A DNA stretch of 30,085 bases, taken from contig CAYWJO010000038.1 of assembly GCA_964458565.1 (NCBI GenBank), positions 3,275 to 33,359 on the forward strand, in the 5' to 3' direction. The translations under genes were made by a program, and so were the position numbers. The DNA comes from an uncultured archaeon (GTDB lineage Archaea; Asgardarchaeota; Thorarchaeia; Thorarchaeales; Thorarchaeaceae). Positions 12,338-22,912 of the stretch are shown here, piece by piece (positions within the stretch are counted from its first letter, which is position 1; every line of letters starts with the position of its first letter). Below the pieces are notes generated by a model, which ran no database searches, was not told the DNA's origin, and saw nothing but the letters and a program-made list of their open reading frames with translations.

Positions 12338-12790
12338 ATGTCAGGTGTAAAAAATAGTGCGTACCTATTCTTTCTTTCAGGGATATTACTAATTATTCAA
12401 GCAGGTGTAAGCTTAGGACCATTGGATGACTGGCTTGGTGCTATGGTGGCTGGAACAATCGCATTCATTATGTTTGTTGGTGGTGCCTTTGCATGGACCG
12501 GAGGGCTTTCAGCTGTCACACAACTTGAGTATGAAGAGGATTGGGGTCATACAAAAGTCCAGCATTGGAGAGACACTGGTCAAAGAGTACAGTGCACTCC
12601 ATGTTTTGGATTCTGCGGCGGAATTGGAACCATCATTGTTGCATTCATATTTGCAGAACCGCTATTCAGCGCATATGGAGATGGAGGAATTGCTTAAATT
12701 CTACCAGCTATTATCGGTGGAATCTTGGGAATTTTAGCCGCCATAGTTTTCATTACACAGTATAGAGGTAAATACTTCACTCAGGTTTAA
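12338..12790 (+). pseudogene. Small 4-TM membrane protein interrupted by an in-frame TAA (12695-12697)
   Basis: After ...GDGGIA-TAA the same frame continues ILPAIIGGILGILAAIVFITQYRGKYFTQV to TAA at 12788-12790, adding a clear extra TM helix with a polar tail. Confidence 0.7.
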
Positions 12791-12835
12791 AAAAAGAAAT
12801 TTGGATGGCAATAGGTTGCAAGACCTAAAGCCATC
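12789..12835 (-). terminator. Hairpin plus T-tract between convergent genes
   Basis: GATGGC-AA-TAGGT...ACCTA-AA-GCCATC stem (12804-12835), followed on the minus strand by a T-run (A-run at 12789-12795). Confidence 0.55.
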
Positions 12836-12845
12836 TTATTCTTGG

Positions 12846-15800
12846 TTATGCTCGTTTCTTACGGATTATATAAATCACAACGATTACTACTACAATTACT
12901 CCAGCTCCTCCAAGGATCAGTAAGATCACTTCTAATGGAATCGGAATAGCCGGAGGTGGAACATAGCCTACTGGGTAAACTGTGACGGTAACCGAGTCAA
13001 CCGCGGTGTGGTTAGCCATATCTGAAATAGTGAGTTCAAACTCGTAGGTTCCCGAATCTAGACCATCAACATTGATTGCAAGGACCCATCCACCCCAAAA
13101 ACCTGATTCGAAGGATTCGCCGTCTATTTCTACACTATACCACCAAGGATTCTCGTCTTCGCCAGTCCAAACAATATAGTTTGAAACCTGACCGTAGGTA
13201 TAGTTGAAGTCTGCAGGTGAGTTCAAGACCGGTGGAGTTGTATCGGACAATACGGTTACTCGTACAGTATCTGAAGCTGTGAGTCCGTCAATATCAGTTA
13301 CTACTACTTTATAGATGTATTCTCCAACCGACATGCCATCAAGATCAGCATATACTGCACCACCATTCCAATCACCAGAATCTACAAGAACACCATCCTC
13401 ATAGATATCAAATGATTCAGGATGAAGATCGTATGCTATCCATTTGATTGACTGATCCGACCCTTCAACAAATGCAACCTTGTCTTTTGGTTTGTTGATT
13501 ATTGGATTCGTGCCATCGTAGACTGTTACAACAACTACATCAGATACAGTATGGCCATAAATGTCCTCTAAGGTAACCGCAAACTCATAGACTCCATATG
13601 GTAATCCATCGATGTTAATCACTACATCGGAGTCTAGCCATATGTCACTCTCATATAGAACACTATCCTTCGTAACACTCCATTCTTTCAGGTCGTTGTC
13701 AAAGGCTTGCCAGGTAATGCTATGACCAGTTGTTCCTTCGGCATAAAAGACGTCTAATGGTGAATCGATAAGAGGTGCGTCTGGTTGATACGGTTGTGGA
13801 TACCTATCTCTTCCACCACCGGGACCAATATCATACCACGCCCCACCAGTGTAATCACTCCAATAGTTACCCATTGATACGCCATCGTCCCAGTAATGCA
13901 ATCCACCTGTATCGTCATACCCGTTGATATCATTGGGACCGATGATATTGTAGTAAACATTATTACTGGATGATGATTCCAAATAGATTCCGTAATAATT
14001 CCAAAGGACTGTATTATTCAGTATGAAGCTGAGATCAACTTGTGCAATACCAATACCCCAATTGGCATGTGTGATATAGTTCTGAGTGATATTGATGTCA
14101 TCACAATAGAGGACAACTACTCCTCTATACGCATAGTGTACTTCATTATTATTGATTACAGTCCAATCAATATTCTCTCCATATATCGCTCCTTGAGAGC
14201 AATTCATGAGGTAATTATTCTCGATAACACACAGCCCACTCCCTATTACAAAGAGCGCGATATATTCAAAATCTCTGAATTCTGAATCGAGAATTAATGA
14301 TCTAGGTGAATCGCTCATATATACTCCCTGATAGCCATGTTTCAGATTCAGATTAGTTAGAGTTGAATCTGGGCAGGTAGTCACATGGATACAATCCGCA
14401 AATGTTCTGACTTGAATCGTTGCATGATCTATAATCAAGTATTGGGAATCACTTGCAGAGATGCCATAATTGGTAGATCCTGTAGAGACGTAATTTGTGA
14501 TTGTAGCATTAGGAGTATGATCAATAACGATACCATATCCAGTGTTTGAGGTAGTAATATCATCAATACTAATCGAAACACTGTATGCAACAATAATACC
14601 CATTGTTGCGTAGCTGAATGTAGCAGGTCCGTTTACGTTTGTTCCATTACACTCACGGAGGAGAATTTGACCAAAATTACCTGCATTCACCGTTCCTCCT
14701 AATTGATCTTCAAAATATCCAAATGGTTCTCCATTCACAGTATTACCCATGAATGTGTGGTCATAGTAATCTGAATCTCCACTCGTAATTTGCCATCCTG
14801 AGCCATCCAGCACATTGTCAATGAAATTACAAAATGAGGATTGATACAGGTAGATTCCTCTTAAACCCGCTTGGATATCATTATTCTCAACGTGCGCATC
14901 ATCAAGTGTACTGAGTCCTATACCTTGGTTATCTGCAACAATTGTGTTCGAGTCAACAACTACAATATCACTCGAATATGCATTAATTCCTTCGGGAGTA
15001 TCATCAATTTGATTCGCAACTATGGACGAAGAAGCACATGCAGAGAGATGAATACCTCTAGTATCTGCACCACTTATGTGATTGTTAACAATTGAAACCA
15101 ATGAAGTAGCGAAAGCATAGACTCCATATGTATCCGAATTTGAGATAATATTTCCATCAAAATCAATCCCATTAGAGAGGGTCACACCGACACCATTATC
15201 CACATTGTCAACGTTGTTCTCAGAAATTGTAACATTAGTCACACCATCACACCAGATCGCGTAATCACCAGTGTTAGATATTGTGTTTCCATTCACAACT
15301 CCTTCAACACCCCCATCGACTAAAATCCCATTGATACTAGCACCTAAAATTGTATTTGATGCAACCCGAAAGTAATCGGTGCCATCAAAAGATATACCCA
15401 CTTCAGGAGAATCACGAATAATACTTGAATGAATATTGTTGTCAGCACCACCCTCCACTAAAATTCCATAATCAGATGCATCGTTGATAATCGCATCCTC
15501 TACGGTGGAATTGTTTGCAGTAAGAAGATAAATTCCAATATCTCCGCCTTCACATTCAAAACCTGTAGTGTAGAAATAATCCGAAGAAATTGCGTATAGA
15601 TGAAACATTCCAGAATAACTATGTACATCGATCACATCCACATAGTCAGATGCTGAGATCCGAATGGATGATGTTGTTTGTTCCCCACGAACCTCACAAT
15701 CTTGAATTGTAAGTTCATTATAATTATCTACACTGATTGCTCTATTAGCTGAACTTGTAAAATCACAATCATGGACAGAAACACCAATTGAACCTGAACC

Positions 15801-16271
15801 CATAAATGCATGTCCGGAAGACTCTATATATACTCTTGATACCTCAGTGTTATTGCCACTATCAACTCTAAGTCCTGAATTAACCGAGATGATTTCACAA
15901 TCTTCGACTAATCCATGTGTGATATTCTCAAGATAGACTGCTGAAGTCGAATACCTTTGCCACAGGTAGCAATCACGGATAACAAAGTAGGCATTTGTAT
16001 TCTGAATCTCGATAGCAAATACTGAACTATACGTTGTAATATTCAGATCCGAGATTACGTAAGGATTCTCAAAAGTACCACTACCCGGCCATCCTTGTAA
16101 TTCGAATTCATCGGTCCCATCAATACTAATAGCAACGTGATTGGCATACGACGGTGCATAGGTATTCTTGGCATCTACTGTGTTTTCAAGGCTCGTAATT
16201 CCAGCCATCAAGACTGGTAACATTCCAATAATTAGCAATGCTGATAATGCGGCTGCTGAGAACTTTTTCAT
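12846..16271 (-). CDS. Cell-surface protein: long right-handed beta-helix (NosD-like), three Ig-like repeats and a C-terminal TM anchor
   Basis: Signal peptide MKKFSAAALSALLIIG with GGAGAGG upstream (ORF track starts at 16304). Entry motif GWPGSGTFENPYVI, many G-I-x-L/N-x-I coils, GNYWSDY, three W.A.D...G.W...N.DGL..G.Y.F repeats, Pro-rich linker, TM and RKKRA tail. Confidence 0.9.
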   Translation of the reverse strand: MKKFSAAALSALLIIGMLPVLMAGITSLENTVDAKNTYAPSYANHVAISIDGTDEFELQGWPGSGTFENPYVISDLNITTYSSVFAIEIQNTNAYFVIRDCYLWQRYSTSAVYLENITHGLVEDCEIISVNSGLRVDSGNNTEVSRVYIESSGHAFMGSGSIGVSVHDCDFTSSANRAISVDNYNELTIQDCEVRGEQTTSSIRISASDYVDVIDVHSYSGMFHLYAISSDYFYTTGFECEGGDIGIYLLTANNSTVEDAIINDASDYGILVEGGADNNIHSSIIRDSPEVGISFDGTDYFRVASNTILGASINGILVDGGVEGVVNGNTISNTGDYAIWCDGVTNVTISENNVDNVDNGVGVTLSNGIDFDGNIISNSDTYGVYAFATSLVSIVNNHISGADTRGIHLSACASSSIVANQIDDTPEGINAYSSDIVVVDSNTIVADNQGIGLSTLDDAHVENNDIQAGLRGIYLYQSSFCNFIDNVLDGSGWQITSGDSDYYDHTFMGNTVNGEPFGYFEDQLGGTVNAGNFGQILLRECNGTNVNGPATFSYATMGIIVAYSVSISIDDITTSNTGYGIVIDHTPNATITNYVSTGSTNYGISASDSQYLIIDHATIQVRTFADCIHVTTCPDSTLTNLNLKHGYQGVYMSDSPRSLILDSEFRDFEYIALFVIGSGLCVIENNYLMNCSQGAIYGENIDWTVINNNEVHYAYRGVVVLYCDDINITQNYITHANWGIGIAQVDLSFILNNTVLWNYYGIYLESSSSNNVYYNIIGPNDINGYDDTGGLHYWDDGVSMGNYWSDYTGGAWYDIGPGGGRDRYPQPYQPDAPLIDSPLDVFYAEGTTGHSITWQAFDNDLKEWSVTKDSVLYESDIWLDSDVVINIDGLPYGVYEFAVTLEDIYGHTVSDVVVVTVYDGTNPIINKPKDKVAFVEGSDQSIKWIAYDLHPESFDIYEDGVLVDSGDWNGGAVYADLDGMSVGEYIYKVVVTDIDGLTASDTVRVTVLSDTTPPVLNSPADFNYTYGQVSNYIVWTGEDENPWWYSVEIDGESFESGFWGGWVLAINVDGLDSGTYEFELTISDMANHTAVDSVTVTVYPVGYVPPPAIPIPLEVILLILGGAGVIVVVIVVIYIIRKKRA

Positions 16272-16422
16272 CTTCTCCTCTCCATATGGACTGTGTGTAT
16301 CCATCCGAATGACGTTCTAAATAGTACAGTATAAGCTTTTTATTGTTTTGTGCCTATCACCAAAAGAGTAAAAGCGGTTTCTGAAGTAGAAATTGTATCT
16401 GTTTCATTAATCGCGAAGCGGA

Positions 16423-18789
16423 GTGGAGAAAATGATGAGAGGATTTCAAAGACATTTAGCTAAGGGTCTTGTCCCCGTAATAATGATGATGCTTTTACTG
16501 GTTATGATAACTCCAGTACTAGCTGTTAGTACTGTTGAAGAACAGACTCTAGTCACACCAATAACACCGGATAGTGATTCTCACGGGTATGTATACATGC
16601 CTGCTGGTACAAACCTATACGGTGGCACGCATGAGGTTTATCACACTTCCCCAATCTCATTAGCGAGTTATCAATACGATCAAGCTACTTGGACAACAGA
16701 AACACAGAGTTTCCCAGTGGAAAGTACCAATCGATATTCTTACACAGAACCAAGAACTGAGAATCAGGGGTGGCTCGGTAATTACACACAGTATCCAATA
16801 TTTTTTGATATAACTAACACATCAATGGATAGTTGGATTGCTAATCTTACTGAGCGTCGCTATGTTTTCGGAGCACAAATGGATGCTGATGTATTTGTGT
16901 TAGCTGAAGAAAATGAGTATACCTATGGTACTCTTTCAATTGCCGCGGGAATTGAATTTGTTCATCTTATTGTTACCTCAGGTTCAGACTGGTATGAAGG
17001 TTACTTGAGTATCTTCGATCCACTCGGTAGAATGATTGTAGATAATTGGGGTCTTGATTCTGGTGATATAACTCTAATTCCGTTTCCAGTCACAATACCC
17101 GGACAATATGTGATACTGTTCTGGGGTTATTCTGATTATGATGTTCAAATTCCGTTAACCTTCCATCCCAAAACTGTAACACCAACCACAATCGCAAATG
17201 GTGAAGTGTATCAGGACGCCATTGAAGGCGTTGAGATAATAGTCGATCAAGAAACAGGTGATTTCATTTACCGTGAAAAGGAACCTCAAGCTCGTACATA
17301 CAAAGTATCAACGACTGATGATATGGAGGGCCTTCTCAGACTGACTAGTAATCCTAGTCTTGACATTTTTATGCCAACAGATGTCAAAATCTTAGTTCAA
17401 TCTCCTGTATTTGAACCTACAAGTGATGGATTCACTATTTTTCAAAATGAACTGGATTGGGCTCAAGGTAGATATTACTACAAATCATTCCAAGACGAGG
17501 CTTATTACGTCACATATGTAGGTCACGGAGAATTTCCATATACGATTTCTAATCGCATTGTTGATCTACCAAGTCTGCAAACAAATACTCCGCTTTACTA
17601 CGAGGATAAGGGTAGTGAAATGCATGCATATAGCTTCTCTGTAACAACACCTACATTATTCCGAGTTAACCATACTTCAATAGCAGGTAGCTTCTCTTTG
17701 AAACTGTGGCGAGTTGATGGAGGAATGTATTATCGTGACCTCTCACCGACCTCGAATGGGAACTTCGGTGATTCGTCATCCTACTACATAGCTCCCGGTG
17801 AATACATTCTTACAGTGGAAGGTGGTGTCAATCCCGACAATATTCGCTTTATCGAATTCAACACAGCTCCTGTTCTGAGTTCAGGTCTTGGATTAGCAGT
17901 TCCTTTGGGTGGTCTCGGTGGATATCGAACTACACTTACCGAGTTAGGATGGTGGATGATGAACGTTTCACTGCTGAACAAGGATAATATCACAGTGAGA
18001 TACGACATTGAACTATTCAATGAATATGGTAATAGAATCCTACAAACATCTGATACTACTGCAAATCATCAGACAAATGGCGAATGGGTTGGTTATTCTG
18101 GAAGTAATAATAAAACAGAATTTAACGTCCCATGGGATTATAATGAAGATGTGATTGTTTGCCTCTCTGTTTATGATGTCGAGAACAATTCATTTTCAGC
18201 TGATGAAAATTACCTTCACTACACCACTAATTTCAATATTAGAGCGTGGAATTATGAAGCTGCTATAATTACAGAAGGTGTTGAAATACTTCCCTCTGCT
18301 CCTACTGAATTTAATTTCACATTTGCAGATCCAACACCGATGGGAGGATTGACAGATTATCTCACTATAGTATTCACAATGACACCTGGAATTTGGGTCA
18401 ATCTGTCAATTCAAACGGGAAATGTAAATTCATTTACTGTTATAGGTCTACAGGACTATGATGGTTGGCAGATGCAACTGGGTAATGCGTATCTAGCTGA
18501 AACAAAGACTCAAGCAGGTTCAGAATTTGCTTATCGGTTTGGTGTTATCTCTGAAACCGTGAAACTTCAATTCATGGTGACACGGAGTAACCACGATGAA
18601 GGATGGTTCGCATTGAATCTGGATGAGTTATCCACTACGACAATTACCTCATTTGGAGTTCCAGGTCTTATTGCTCCAACTCCTGTAGGTGGAGATGCTA
18701 CTCCTCTTATCATAGGACTTGGTATAGGTGCAGCAGCGATTATTGTCGTTGTAGTAATTGTCATCATACGAAAACGCAGAGCCTTCTAA
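16423..18789 (+). CDS. Hypothetical cell-surface glycoprotein, beta-rich, with signal peptide and C-terminal TM anchor
   Basis: Hydrophobic N-terminal signal ending PVLA, aromatic/Thr-rich beta-sandwich-like segments, many N-x-S/T sequons, C-terminal TM and RKRRAF. Confidence 0.85.
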   Translation: MEKMMRGFQRHLAKGLVPVIMMMLLLVMITPVLAVSTVEEQTLVTPITPDSDSHGYVYMPAGTNLYGGTHEVYHTSPISLASYQYDQATWTTETQSFPVESTNRYSYTEPRTENQGWLGNYTQYPIFFDITNTSMDSWIANLTERRYVFGAQMDADVFVLAEENEYTYGTLSIAAGIEFVHLIVTSGSDWYEGYLSIFDPLGRMIVDNWGLDSGDITLIPFPVTIPGQYVILFWGYSDYDVQIPLTFHPKTVTPTTIANGEVYQDAIEGVEIIVDQETGDFIYREKEPQARTYKVSTTDDMEGLLRLTSNPSLDIFMPTDVKILVQSPVFEPTSDGFTIFQNELDWAQGRYYYKSFQDEAYYVTYVGHGEFPYTISNRIVDLPSLQTNTPLYYEDKGSEMHAYSFSVTTPTLFRVNHTSIAGSFSLKLWRVDGGMYYRDLSPTSNGNFGDSSSYYIAPGEYILTVEGGVNPDNIRFIEFNTAPVLSSGLGLAVPLGGLGGYRTTLTELGWWMMNVSLLNKDNITVRYDIELFNEYGNRILQTSDTTANHQTNGEWVGYSGSNNKTEFNVPWDYNEDVIVCLSVYDVENNSFSADENYLHYTTNFNIRAWNYEAAIITEGVEILPSAPTEFNFTFADPTPMGGLTDYLTIVFTMTPGIWVNLSIQTGNVNSFTVIGLQDYDGWQMQLGNAYLAETKTQAGSEFAYRFGVISETVKLQFMVTRSNHDEGWFALNLDELSTTTITSFGVPGLIAPTPVGGDATPLIIGLGIGAAAIIVVVVIVIIRKRRAF

Positions 18790-18837
18790 TTGGTTTGTGG
18801 TCATCCAAAACGATGACCACACCAATCTCCTTTCTTT
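18789..18837 (+). terminator. Terminator-like hairpin
   Basis: TGTGGTCATC-CAAAAC-GATGACCACA, extendable to ATTGGT/ACCAAT, followed by a pyrimidine-rich tract directly after the stop. Confidence 0.65.
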
Positions 18838-18941
18838 ATGATTTGAAATATTGTCCATTTTAATACTCTAAAATCATTAATTTCTCTGATAAGTAATCTT
18901 TATCATTTTGGTTAATCCTGATTCAATAGGATTGACAAAAA

Positions 18942-20135
18942 TTGACCCGTACTTATCTTACATCTGACCACCATAAGAAAAGGATTGAAAAATTGAATCT
19001 ACAATTAGATGAAAAGGAATTAGATACATTTCTAATTTTTAATTCAAAAAATATCTTTTATCTTACAGGACTTTCATTCATTCCGACAGAGAGACCTGTT
19101 ATTCTTATTCTGCATAAGGGTGAAACATACTTCTTTGTACCATCTTTAGAGGTCGATCATATCCAACATCAGGTACTCTTCGTTGTTGAAGTATATTCAT
19201 ACTTTGAGTATCCTGATGAAAAACATCCTATGGTACATTTTTCTGATATTCTACTCCACAAATTGAAAGTGCAACCCACGAAAATCGCTTCTGAGTATCC
19301 TGGTCCCTCCGGCTATTGGGGATATCATGGTCCATCTCTTGAAGAGGTCACTGGATTAAAATTCCAGCTTCTTCCAGATATCATTATGGATATGAGGGTT
19401 ATCAAAGAACCTGAAGAGATAGATCTCATGCGTGAGTCTGCAAAATGGGCGGATAGAGCTCACAAGTATCTCCAGGAATATACTGAAGTTGGTGGCAATG
19501 AAATTGATGTTACTCTCAGGGCTAGTACTGATGGCTCAGCAGATATGATCCGAGAGCTTGGTGAGAATTACAAACCTACAGGATTTTCATTATTTCCTGC
19601 TATCGCACTATATCGAGGTCAGATAGGTCCGAATTCATATTTCCCTCATGCTCTATCAAGAGGGCTTACTTTTCAAAAGGGTGACACCCTCGTTACTGGG
19701 GCATCATCAGACGTTTACGGTATTAATTCTGAACTTGAAAGAACAATGTTCATGGGTACCCCTAATGAAAGGCAAAGAAAGCTCTTCACTGCAATGGTGG
19801 CCGCACAGGATGCCGCCTTTGAAACTGCAGGTCCTGGGGTAAAGTGTTCAGAAGTTGATAGAGCCGTGCGTGATGCATTTAAAACTCATGGAGTATCTGA
19901 ACTTGTCCGTCATCACACAGGACATGGCTTGGGTATGGAAGGTCACGAACGACCATTTCTTGATATCGGATCTGAGGTTGTGTTACAGCCAGGAATGATC
20001 TTCTCTTGTGAACCTGGAATATACGAGATAGGACTAGGGGGTTTTAGACATAGCGATACATTTGTCGTAACCGAAGATGGCATTGATGTACTGACTAAAT
20101 ATCCTCGAGATTTGGAATCGTTAATTATTGAATAG
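18942..20135 (+). CDS. M24 (pita-bread fold) Xaa-Pro peptidase/creatinase-like hydrolase
   Basis: Creatinase-N-like domain (NIFYLTG), MRVIKEPEEI, PHAL, SELERT, HHTGHGLGMEGHERPFL, EPGIY, GFRHSDT. Confidence 0.9.
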   Translation: MTRTYLTSDHHKKRIEKLNLQLDEKELDTFLIFNSKNIFYLTGLSFIPTERPVILILHKGETYFFVPSLEVDHIQHQVLFVVEVYSYFEYPDEKHPMVHFSDILLHKLKVQPTKIASEYPGPSGYWGYHGPSLEEVTGLKFQLLPDIIMDMRVIKEPEEIDLMRESAKWADRAHKYLQEYTEVGGNEIDVTLRASTDGSADMIRELGENYKPTGFSLFPAIALYRGQIGPNSYFPHALSRGLTFQKGDTLVTGASSDVYGINSELERTMFMGTPNERQRKLFTAMVAAQDAAFETAGPGVKCSEVDRAVRDAFKTHGVSELVRHHTGHGLGMEGHERPFLDIGSEVVLQPGMIFSCEPGIYEIGLGGFRHSDTFVVTEDGIDVLTKYPRDLESLIIE

Positions 20136-20158
20136 TCAACGTATTTAGCTAACCTTAA

Positions 20159-20833
20159 GTGCAACCCAAGTGGTTACGAAATGAAACGTGGGAAGTTATG
20201 GAAATACTTCAGACCAAACCTCTCATTCGAACAAGTGGGCTAGCTGTAATCTTCTCGTATTGTTTATTCACAGTAATATCCTGGATATTGTATCCCTTTG
20301 AATTCACTCCAATGACTCATTATCTAAGCAGACTTGGGAATTTTGATTATAGCCCATTCGGTGCAATATTTTACAACCTAGGTTGCATTTTAGCAGGTCT
20401 GGCTCTCATCCCATTTTTCATTGGTTTTCGAATATGGTATAGGGGTCAGATGAGAGTGAATTTCATTTTATCGATAGGTCAAGGATTAGGAATCCTTTCT
20501 GGGATCGCTCTAATCATGATTGGTGTATTCTCAGAGAACCAAGGAGCGCTTCATATGTTAGCTTCAAGTGTATTCTTTCTTCTGAATTTCTTTGTACTCT
20601 TAGTTTTGAGTATTGCATTTCTTCTACATGATAGGTCGTTGAAACTTGTGCCAATCTACGGTATACTATTTGACATTGCAGCGATTATCCTTGAATTGCA
20701 AATAGGTGGTCCGATTGTTGAATGGTATACTGTATTTGGCTCACTTCTATTTGTGATTCTAGTTATTTATGACACCTATCGCCTTACCAAGCATTTTAGT
20801 AATACTGAGCGATTTGATATGAATAGAGGCTAA
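20159..20833 (+). CDS. DUF998-like membrane protein
   Basis: About 6 TMs with LSRLG, IGVFSE...LH and P..EW motifs. Likely start is ATG 20198. Confidence 0.7.
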   Translation: MQPKWLRNETWEVMEILQTKPLIRTSGLAVIFSYCLFTVISWILYPFEFTPMTHYLSRLGNFDYSPFGAIFYNLGCILAGLALIPFFIGFRIWYRGQMRVNFILSIGQGLGILSGIALIMIGVFSENQGALHMLASSVFFLLNFFVLLVLSIAFLLHDRSLKLVPIYGILFDIAAIILELQIGGPIVEWYTVFGSLLFVILVIYDTYRLTKHFSNTERFDMNRG

Positions 20834-20851
20834 ACCAACACGGCTAATAGT

Positions 20852-21775
20852 ATGATTTTGGGTAGCTATCATGTGAAGCCAGCAAGACCCTATATATTAT
20901 TATCAATCATAATTATTCTATGGGGTTCGAATTTTGCTATTTCAAGATTACTTTCTGGAATTGATCCAATTCGAGTTTCAGGAATTTATTACGCTTTCTT
21001 CCGATATTTGCTTGGGGCAATTACGATGATTCTGGTTTTAATTTTCCAACGGAAAAGCCCTTCTCAAATCTCTGTAGAAGTAGGACCGTACAAATTAGTG
21101 CTTCTTTCTAGTGCATTATTCTCTGCTATCTTTGTAATGGCTACTCATATGAGTGCTGAATACATTCCTTCAGGTACAACCTCTATCATCGTCAATCTTT
21201 GTCCGATAGTGATTCTGTGTTATGCAGCTCTCTATCTGAGGGAAAGACTAACAACAATGAAGATTTTTGGATTTATTCTAGGATTGGTAGGTGGATTGGT
21301 TTTCTTATTTGATGCGTTTATTTCACAATCAGGTGTCGTTATTGGTTTGATACTTGCTCTAATTGGTATGTTTGCTTGGGCTGCCTATACAATAACTCTC
21401 GATTATCTTGAAGGTGTAGATCCTTACATAGTAATGACCATCAAGCATACGATTTCCACATTTATTATCATACCTTTCATTCTTTTGATGCTGTATGAGA
21501 ATACTCAACTAGTTCTGATATTAGATATTTGGACAATTATAGGACTTCTTTTTGCTGGAGTATTAGCATCAGGTCTTGCTTATGTGCTGTATTTCAGTGC
21601 AATAGAAATACTAGGAGCTGCGAAAGCATCATCATTCTTATTTCTAGTTCCATTTGTTAGTGTAGTAGGAGATTTTGCATTGGGCGAACCTCCTTCATTG
21701 TTATCAATAATTGCTGGTATAATTGCTATATTTGGTGTTGCTGTAATCCGATTTAGTGCAAGACAAACCACGTGA
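20852..21775 (+). CDS. DMT/EamA family transporter
   Basis: 10 TM in two EamA repeats: LWGSNF, FRY, LYLRERL, LAYVLYF, LGAAKAS, LVPFVS, LGEP. Confidence 0.92.
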   Translation: MILGSYHVKPARPYILLSIIIILWGSNFAISRLLSGIDPIRVSGIYYAFFRYLLGAITMILVLIFQRKSPSQISVEVGPYKLVLLSSALFSAIFVMATHMSAEYIPSGTTSIIVNLCPIVILCYAALYLRERLTTMKIFGFILGLVGGLVFLFDAFISQSGVVIGLILALIGMFAWAAYTITLDYLEGVDPYIVMTIKHTISTFIIIPFILLMLYENTQLVLILDIWTIIGLLFAGVLASGLAYVLYFSAIEILGAAKASSFLFLVPFVSVVGDFALGEPPSLLSIIAGIIAIFGVAVIRFSARQTT

Positions 21776-21915
21776 TGCATGCATCATCTCAATGTCTTTT
21801 GCATAGTATTAAGATGCGAATTTTATCAACTGACTCTATAGATTTATCTTGCACCGATATTCAGTAATTTGTTGATTCAAAGTATCGTTTATACATGCAA
21901 ATACAGTGTTTTTTG

Positions 21916-22023
21916 ATGGACTTGATAGACAAGCAAATCATGTTTGTTCTTGACAACAATTGTAGAACAACATATCAATGATTATCAGAAACGTTTGGAT
22001 TAAATGGTATTGTAAACACGTGA
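21916..22023 (+). pseudogene. Remnant of a Lrp/AsnC-family winged-HTH regulator
   Basis: MDLIDKQIMFVLDNNCRTTYQ*LSETFGL matches the Lrp N-terminal pattern (D..D..I...L..N.R.S/TY..LA...G). In-frame TGA at 21979-21981; similarity ends shortly after. Confidence 0.75.
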
Positions 22024-22224
22024 AATTTATTTGTTGGCTAGTAACACAGTCATAATTCGGCATTTTAATATACAATTGTTAAGATATCAGCTCAAAATTT
22101 CATTGGCTCTAATGTGAAACGCAATCTCGTTCATTGAAAACCAAAACCTATCCCGTATGTAGTACGTGGATGTTACATAATGTACAAATACTACATTGTT
22201 TATAGAATAATATAATATCCGGAG

Positions 22225-22440
22225 ATGAAAAGAATGGGAAAGGCTTTAGCTTTACTCGGGCTCGTAATGATGATATTAGGAGTCCTGCCTCTGATTCTGC
22301 CACTGCTTGGATCTACACTTGGAGCTTCCTTCTATCTAGGAATATATTCAGTAGAAATATTAGGATCCATGTTCTCTGAACTCATGCTCATTTTATTGAT
22401 AGTAGGGTTTCTAATTCTCGTAGTTGGAGCTTTTAGGTAA
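22225..22440 (+). CDS. Small 2-TM membrane protein
   Basis: 71 aa, GGAG before the ATG, two hydrophobic helices, followed by a terminator. Confidence 0.7.
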   Translation: MKRMGKALALLGLVMMILGVLPLILPLLGSTLGASFYLGIYSVEILGSMFSELMLILLIVGFLILVVGAFR

Positions 22441-22469
22441 TTTATTCATGTGGCATCAAATGGAAAACA

Positions 22470-22503
22470 AGGGGAGATTTTTCTCCCCTATATCGTTTTT
22501 TTT
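22470..22503 (+). terminator. Hairpin plus T8 terminator
   Basis: AGGGGAGA-TTTT-TCTCCCCT followed by a T-run at 22496-22503. Confidence 0.7.
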
Positions 22504-22912
22504 GTGTGATTAGTCGATTCCCAATATTGCAGAGATTTTCATAAGAATAAAAACCACAAACTCGTTGACCGAATCCTTGGGTAGTGGAGCTTTTGGAGTA
22601 AGTGTTAGAAATACAGGACTACCCTATCTGACTTAGCGTTTCTCCATCACGACCTCTTGAACCGCCATCTGTAATGACTGCGGGTTGCTCTGTCAGGAGG
22701 AATCTCTTGTTGGATGAATCATTCCTGAGCTTGCGTCGAGTGTTCATGCAGTGGAGTAGCTGGATGACGTCACCGCGGAGAAATTCATCAAACCTAAGAG
22801 CCATGAGTATCTGCTCCTTTGTTCAACAAGTACAAAGTACAAAAGACATTGAAATCCTCTGAGGTTGGGTAATTCGTGAGTCCGACGGTCAAAAAAAGAG
22901 ATGATTCTCGTT

